A stretch of 64,000 nt of DNA from SAR86 cluster bacterium. GTDB lineage: Bacteria > Pseudomonadota > Gammaproteobacteria > Magnimaribacterales > AG-339-G14. The position numbers and the translations under genes were made by a program. Location of the stretch: assembly GCA_023703675.1 (NCBI GenBank), contig CP097974.1, forward strand, positions 661,288-725,287, written 5' to 3'. How positions within the stretch are numbered: position 1 is the first letter of the stretch; the number at the start of each line of letters is the position of its first letter. This document shows, piece by piece, positions 60,532 to 64,000 of the stretch. A model generated the notes under the pieces. That model had not been told where the DNA came from, did not search any database, and was given only the letters and a program-made list of their open reading frames with translations.

Positions 60532-61146
60532 TTAACTTCCAGTTGTTGTTGCTTTTACAAAAGCGGGTCTAGCTTTAATTCTTTCAACGTAACCCTTCAA
60601 GTTTGGCATTTCATCGGTTACACAACCTAAATCTGAAAGTTTTGTGCAACAATGACCTGTCATAAACTCTACACCAGAAAAATCACCAATCAGGTATTCT
60701 TTACCTTCGAGAGCAATTTCTATGGCCTGTAATGATTTTGTAGCAAGTCTTTGAGCTTGGCCGAGAACTGTTTCATCTCTTCTTTCAGGCGGCAAAAGAA
60801 TTGTATGAACAACGATAGTATTCATTGGTTGAGCAATCATGCCCTCACAAAAGTGAAACCATTGTAAATAGTAAGGAAATTCAGAAGAATCTGTGCTTGG
60901 TTTTAGGCCACCATTCTTATGTTTTTCCAATACATAATCAATAATTGCACCTGACTCGTAAATGCTTATATCACCATCTTCAAGAACTGGAATCCTTCCT
61001 AATGGGTGACGTTTTCTGTGCTCTTCAGATTTCAAAGCCTCTGGATGAAATGGCATGAGGTTTAGTTCGTAAGGTAACTCAAGTTCTTCTAAGAGCCACA
61101 AAATCCTTTCTGCTCTTGACGCGGGTGCAAAGTGAAGTTTTAGCAT
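60532..61146 (-). CDS. glutathione S-transferase family protein
   Basis: I prefer ATG 61146 ('MLKLHFAPASRAERILWLLEEL...'), which is preceded by GGAGAG, over the TTG at 61200. It has the GST N-domain 'GRIPVLEDGDISIYESGAIIDY'. Confidence 0.85.
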   Translation of the reverse strand: MLKLHFAPASRAERILWLLEELELPYELNLMPFHPEALKSEEHRKRHPLGRIPVLEDGDISIYESGAIIDYVLEKHKNGGLKPSTDSSEFPYYLQWFHFCEGMIAQPMNTIVVHTILLPPERRDETVLGQAQRLATKSLQAIEIALEGKEYLIGDFSGVEFMTGHCCTKLSDLGCVTDEMPNLKGYVERIKARPAFVKATTTGS

Positions 61147-61161
61147 TTTTCTCTCCAGTAA

Positions 61162-61190
61162 ATTTAAAACTACTTTAATACATTGTTCAA
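61162..61190 (-). promoter_or_regulatory. candidate promoter of the GST gene (TTGAAC, 17-nt spacer, TTAAAT)
   Basis: Minus-strand read: TTGAACaatgtattaaagtagttTTAAATttactGGAGAGaaaaATG. Confidence 0.3.
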
Positions 61191-61450
61191 AAGTTTCCAA
61201 CGGATAATAGAAATTGAGTGATTTGCACTAACTTAAGTCAAAAATTCTATATTCAAATAATTACAAGTTCTAATCGTGCTAATTTTTATTGTTTAACATA
61301 TCCTTACGAAAAATTATATTCAATCATTCATATTATTTTTTAAGGTATATCCAGTGTTTGCTGTTAGCTTTTTTATGGGCGGATATTTCATCGGATTAGT
61401 TTATTTTTAGAAATTTCTCAACCTCCCTTAAAACAGAATAAAATATTTAG

Positions 61451-62245
61451 CTATTTAAATAGACATATAGCTCTAACTTCTATGCTTTCACGAGGAGAAA
61501 CATTTTTTCTCAATGAAGACTCATCAAATGCACTATGTAAAGTAGGCAAGAAAGGTTTCTCAAGAGAATCAAAAGTTTTAAACATTAATACTTCGTCTTT
61601 CTTCATCTCAGGATAGTAATACCATTGATGCTGATCGTTAAAACTTGATTGGTAAATCTCAACTGTAAATCCTTCTTCGCCATCTAAATAATTGTAAAGA
61701 TCCGTAGGTATTAGCTCCTGTTCAGATACAGTAGATGAATCACAAACAGCAAAAGGAGCATCGAGTCCATCTTTATCAAATCTTCTCCAAAGATTAAATA
61801 CAGAAATTTTTGACGGTTTGAAAGTTACATTCTCAATTATAGGTTTCACAGTTTGGCTAAAATTTGGCGTGAAGTCGTTGTGAACCAGCCTATGCGCGCC
61901 AAGCCTTTTTCCATTCTGCGCCTCTAATTCGTTTCTTGTGATGTGAGACACTATATAAACTTCATCCGCATTGGTTTCTTTTTTTGCCAATTCTTGCATT
62001 TCTAGGTAATAAGCTGAAGCAACAGATTGGTCGTCATAGAAATCTTCTACGGAAGATTTATGATTGAGTAATTTAAATCCTTCTCTCTTGAAAGAGGTTG
62101 CTTTTGATCTTGCGTTAATTACTTCTCTTTCAAAGCTTTTATGATCAGGTCTTTGTGGATCAGGTTCTGCTAGCCCAAAAATTGGTTTTGACTCCCCTTT
62201 TTTCAAGGGCTTTCTATAGAAAAAATCTGCTTTTACTGAATTCAT
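61451..62245 (-). CDS. CmcJ/NvfI-like (AsaB-type) non-heme oxygenase family protein
   Basis: 264 aa. 'HRLVHNDFT', 'NLWRRF', 'PFAVCDSSTVSEQELIPTDL', 'HQWYYYPEMKKDEVLMFKTFDS' and 'ESIEVRA' match my memory of that family's conserved blocks. Confidence 0.55.
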   Translation of the reverse strand: MNSVKADFFYRKPLKKGESKPIFGLAEPDPQRPDHKSFEREVINARSKATSFKREGFKLLNHKSSVEDFYDDQSVASAYYLEMQELAKKETNADEVYIVSHITRNELEAQNGKRLGAHRLVHNDFTPNFSQTVKPIIENVTFKPSKISVFNLWRRFDKDGLDAPFAVCDSSTVSEQELIPTDLYNYLDGEEGFTVEIYQSSFNDQHQWYYYPEMKKDEVLMFKTFDSLEKPFLPTLHSAFDESSLRKNVSPRESIEVRAICLFK

Positions 62246-62304
62246 TGTAAAATTATCTCATATTTTATTAAGTAGTTAGTCAAAATGAACAAATCAAAAC
62301 TTTT

Positions 62305-63096
62305 ATGAATTTAATATATTTTAAAAAAAGTATTTTATTCCTCATTATATTCTCTGGTAATTTATTTTGTCTCCAACCAGAAATTAAAGGCATTGATTCA
62401 TTCAAACCAAAAAATATTCTCATGGTTGGTAATAGTTTTATTTATTTTAATAATGGTATGCACAACCCTTTAGAAGCTCTTGTTAAAAAAGATTTAGAAT
62501 TAGAAAAAAATTTTAAAATTAGAAAAATTACAATCAGCGGAGCATCCTTATCTTGGCATGAAATAAAATCTTACGTAAGTAACCCCAATATAGGTTCTTT
62601 TACTTTTGACAACGAAAATAATTTAATTAATCTTTCTGTGGAACCTTTCGACGTTTTGATAATGCATGATTGTAGTAGGTGCCCAATTAACAAAAAAAAT
62701 GATTTTCATAGAATGATTAAAAAGCATTCTAATGATTTGAAAGAAGTTGGAATTGAGCCTGTTCTTATGATGACTTGGCCTTACAAAGATGAACCAAAAA
62801 TGATTGAAGCACTCTCTAATGAATACATAAAAGCCGCTAATGAAAATCAAATACTTGTTATACCTGTCGGGCTCGCTTTTGCAAAAGCAAATGAAAAGTT
62901 TTCAAAAATAAATCTTTACACCTCTGATAATAGACACCCCAGTAAGGCTGGGACATATTTGGGAGCATGTGTTATTTTTTCAGCACTGTATAAAAAATCT
63001 CCCGAAAATAATCCTTACCATTTTGGTCTTGAACCAGAGATTGCAAAAAACTTACAAAAACTTGCTTGGGAAGTTACTGAAAAATTTTACAAATAG
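62305..63096 (+). CDS. secreted SGNH/GDSL-type hydrolase family protein
   Basis: 263 aa with an N-terminal signal sequence. Block I is 'MVGNSFIYF' (Ser nucleophile) and block V is 'DNRHPSKAG' (DxxH). Confidence 0.6.
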   Translation: MNLIYFKKSILFLIIFSGNLFCLQPEIKGIDSFKPKNILMVGNSFIYFNNGMHNPLEALVKKDLELEKNFKIRKITISGASLSWHEIKSYVSNPNIGSFTFDNENNLINLSVEPFDVLIMHDCSRCPINKKNDFHRMIKKHSNDLKEVGIEPVLMMTWPYKDEPKMIEALSNEYIKAANENQILVIPVGLAFAKANEKFSKINLYTSDNRHPSKAGTYLGACVIFSALYKKSPENNPYHFGLEPEIAKNLQKLAWEVTEKFYK

Positions 63097-63109
63097 TTTT
63101 TTTGGAGGA

Positions 63110-63127
63110 AGTTAGTTAGTTAGTTAG
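63110..63127. repeat. tetranucleotide repeat (AGTT)x4.5
   Basis: Read directly: agttagttagttagttag. It gives TAG in all three plus-strand frames and TAA in all three minus-strand frames. The desaturase stop codon (63116-63118) lies inside it. Confidence 0.95.
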
Positions 63128-63991
63128 AATTTTCCTTAAAACTGGTAAATAACCTTTGGAAATTTCCATTTCTCTTATAAAACCCTTTCTCGCAAGGAAT
63201 CTATGGGCTTTAGGCAAGTTGTACCAAGGACAGAAAGTAAATAAATGATGTTCAATATGATAATTGACGTTTAAAGGGGCTAAAAAATATCTCAAGTACC
63301 ATGGTACTAAGGTAGTTCTTGTAAAAGTGAAGTCATCACTTCCTTTAAGACCAGAATGCTCAGTAATACTTCTTATCCTGTAAAACAAACTAAAAAAAGT
63401 TAACATCGGAACCCACCACAAAAACAAATAGAGCCAGCCATATCCAAAAATAAATAAGATCCCAAAAATTGCTAAGTTAGTTAAAAAGAAGCCTTTTAGT
63501 TTAGATACAAATCTCGAGAAGCTTTTAAAAATAGAGTCTTCATTGCCCCATGCTGACAATAAAGCAGCAGAATATCTTCTAAAGCCAGCGACTCCAGTCA
63601 AATCCCGAATGAATTTTCTTGCCAAACTTTTCCAAGAAGTTGGAAAAGCAGCCGTTAGGCTTAAATCTGGGTCCTTTTCCGTATCTGTAAATTTATGATG
63701 TTGTGAGTGTACTTTTCTATAAGGGATCGTATCAGTCATTACTGGGTAAGCGCATAACCATTGTGACGCTAAGTCATTTAATTTTCTATTTTTAAAAATC
63801 AAGCCGTGAGCACCATCGTGCATAAATACGACCATCTGAAACTGTTTGGCAGCTATGATAATTGCTGAAATAAAAAAGGTAATTAGATTTGGGAATAAAA
63901 TATATAAAATAAATGCAAGAATCACCTGACTCCACATAGAAAAAAGAGTGAAAACATTAATTAAATCTTTTTTTTGCTTCAACTCATTCAA
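63116..63991 (-). CDS. membrane fatty-acid desaturase family protein (three His boxes)
   Basis: 291 aa with His boxes 'HDGAHG', 'HSQHH' and 'HIEHH' and hydrophobic segments between them. Confidence 0.8.
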   Translation of the reverse strand: MNELKQKKDLINVFTLFSMWSQVILAFILYILFPNLITFFISAIIIAAKQFQMVVFMHDGAHGLIFKNRKLNDLASQWLCAYPVMTDTIPYRKVHSQHHKFTDTEKDPDLSLTAAFPTSWKSLARKFIRDLTGVAGFRRYSAALLSAWGNEDSIFKSFSRFVSKLKGFFLTNLAIFGILFIFGYGWLYLFLWWVPMLTFFSLFYRIRSITEHSGLKGSDDFTFTRTTLVPWYLRYFLAPLNVNYHIEHHLFTFCPWYNLPKAHRFLARKGFIREMEISKGYLPVLRKILTN

Positions 63992-64000
63992 TTCAGCGGG

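Noticed and set aside
61203-61221. A Fur-box-like GATAATAGAAATTGAGTGA in the large intergenic region.
   Set aside because: Only about 9 of 19 positions match the GATAATGATAATCATTATC consensus, which is expected by chance in AT-rich DNA.
63110-63127. The (AGTT)n repeat as a phase-variation switch for the desaturase.
   Set aside because: The repeat covers only the last two codons and the stop. Every frame terminates within the repeat, so slippage cannot switch the protein on or off.

Overview
This is a 64-kb, visibly AT-rich (about one-third G+C by eye, not computed) and extremely gene-dense chromosomal segment. It holds about 60 protein genes and 2 tRNAs (Ser-GCT, Asn-GTT). I found no rRNA, CRISPR array, transposase, integrase, phage gene, or recognisable defence or toxin-antitoxin module. 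Gene content is mostly core housekeeping: alaS, lysC, purL, uvrB, cysS, ppiB-lpxH, acnB, purF-cvpA-folC-accD, trpABF, truA, asd, leuBDC, aroC, prpBCD, cysB, lexA, topA, pyrD, nadK, prc, xthA, tadA, def and pgi. Gene order is gammaproteobacterial: a Pseudomonas-like block leuC-leuD-leuB-asd-fimV-truA-trpF...accD-folC-cvpA-purF, cysB next to thrH, and cysS/ppiB/lpxH together. Short proteins, tiny or negative intergenic distances and few Shine-Dalgarno sequences suggest a streamlined marine gammaproteobacterium; SAR86-like is only a guess. I did not find a convincing previously undescribed multi-gene system, and I regard the window as ordinary core genome. The modest leads are listed here. (1) cysB-thrH-prpBCD form a head-to-tail array with no prp regulator. 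(2) A translationally coupled acyl-CoA dehydrogenase pair has complementary motif loss, which suggests a heteromeric enzyme. (3) Both tRNAs are wedged between protein genes; one is followed 8 nt later by a Cys-cluster PD-(D/E)XK nuclease next to uvrB. (4) Convergent genes share palindromic stop tetranucleotides and I saw no intrinsic terminators by eye. (5) The only sizeable non-coding gap (about 250-300 bp) carries an 18-codon hydrophobic micro-ORF. It sits beside a small accessory cluster of a CmcJ-like oxygenase, an SGNH hydrolase and a desaturase. All family assignments come from reading motifs in the supplied translations and from memory of family signatures. No database search was run.
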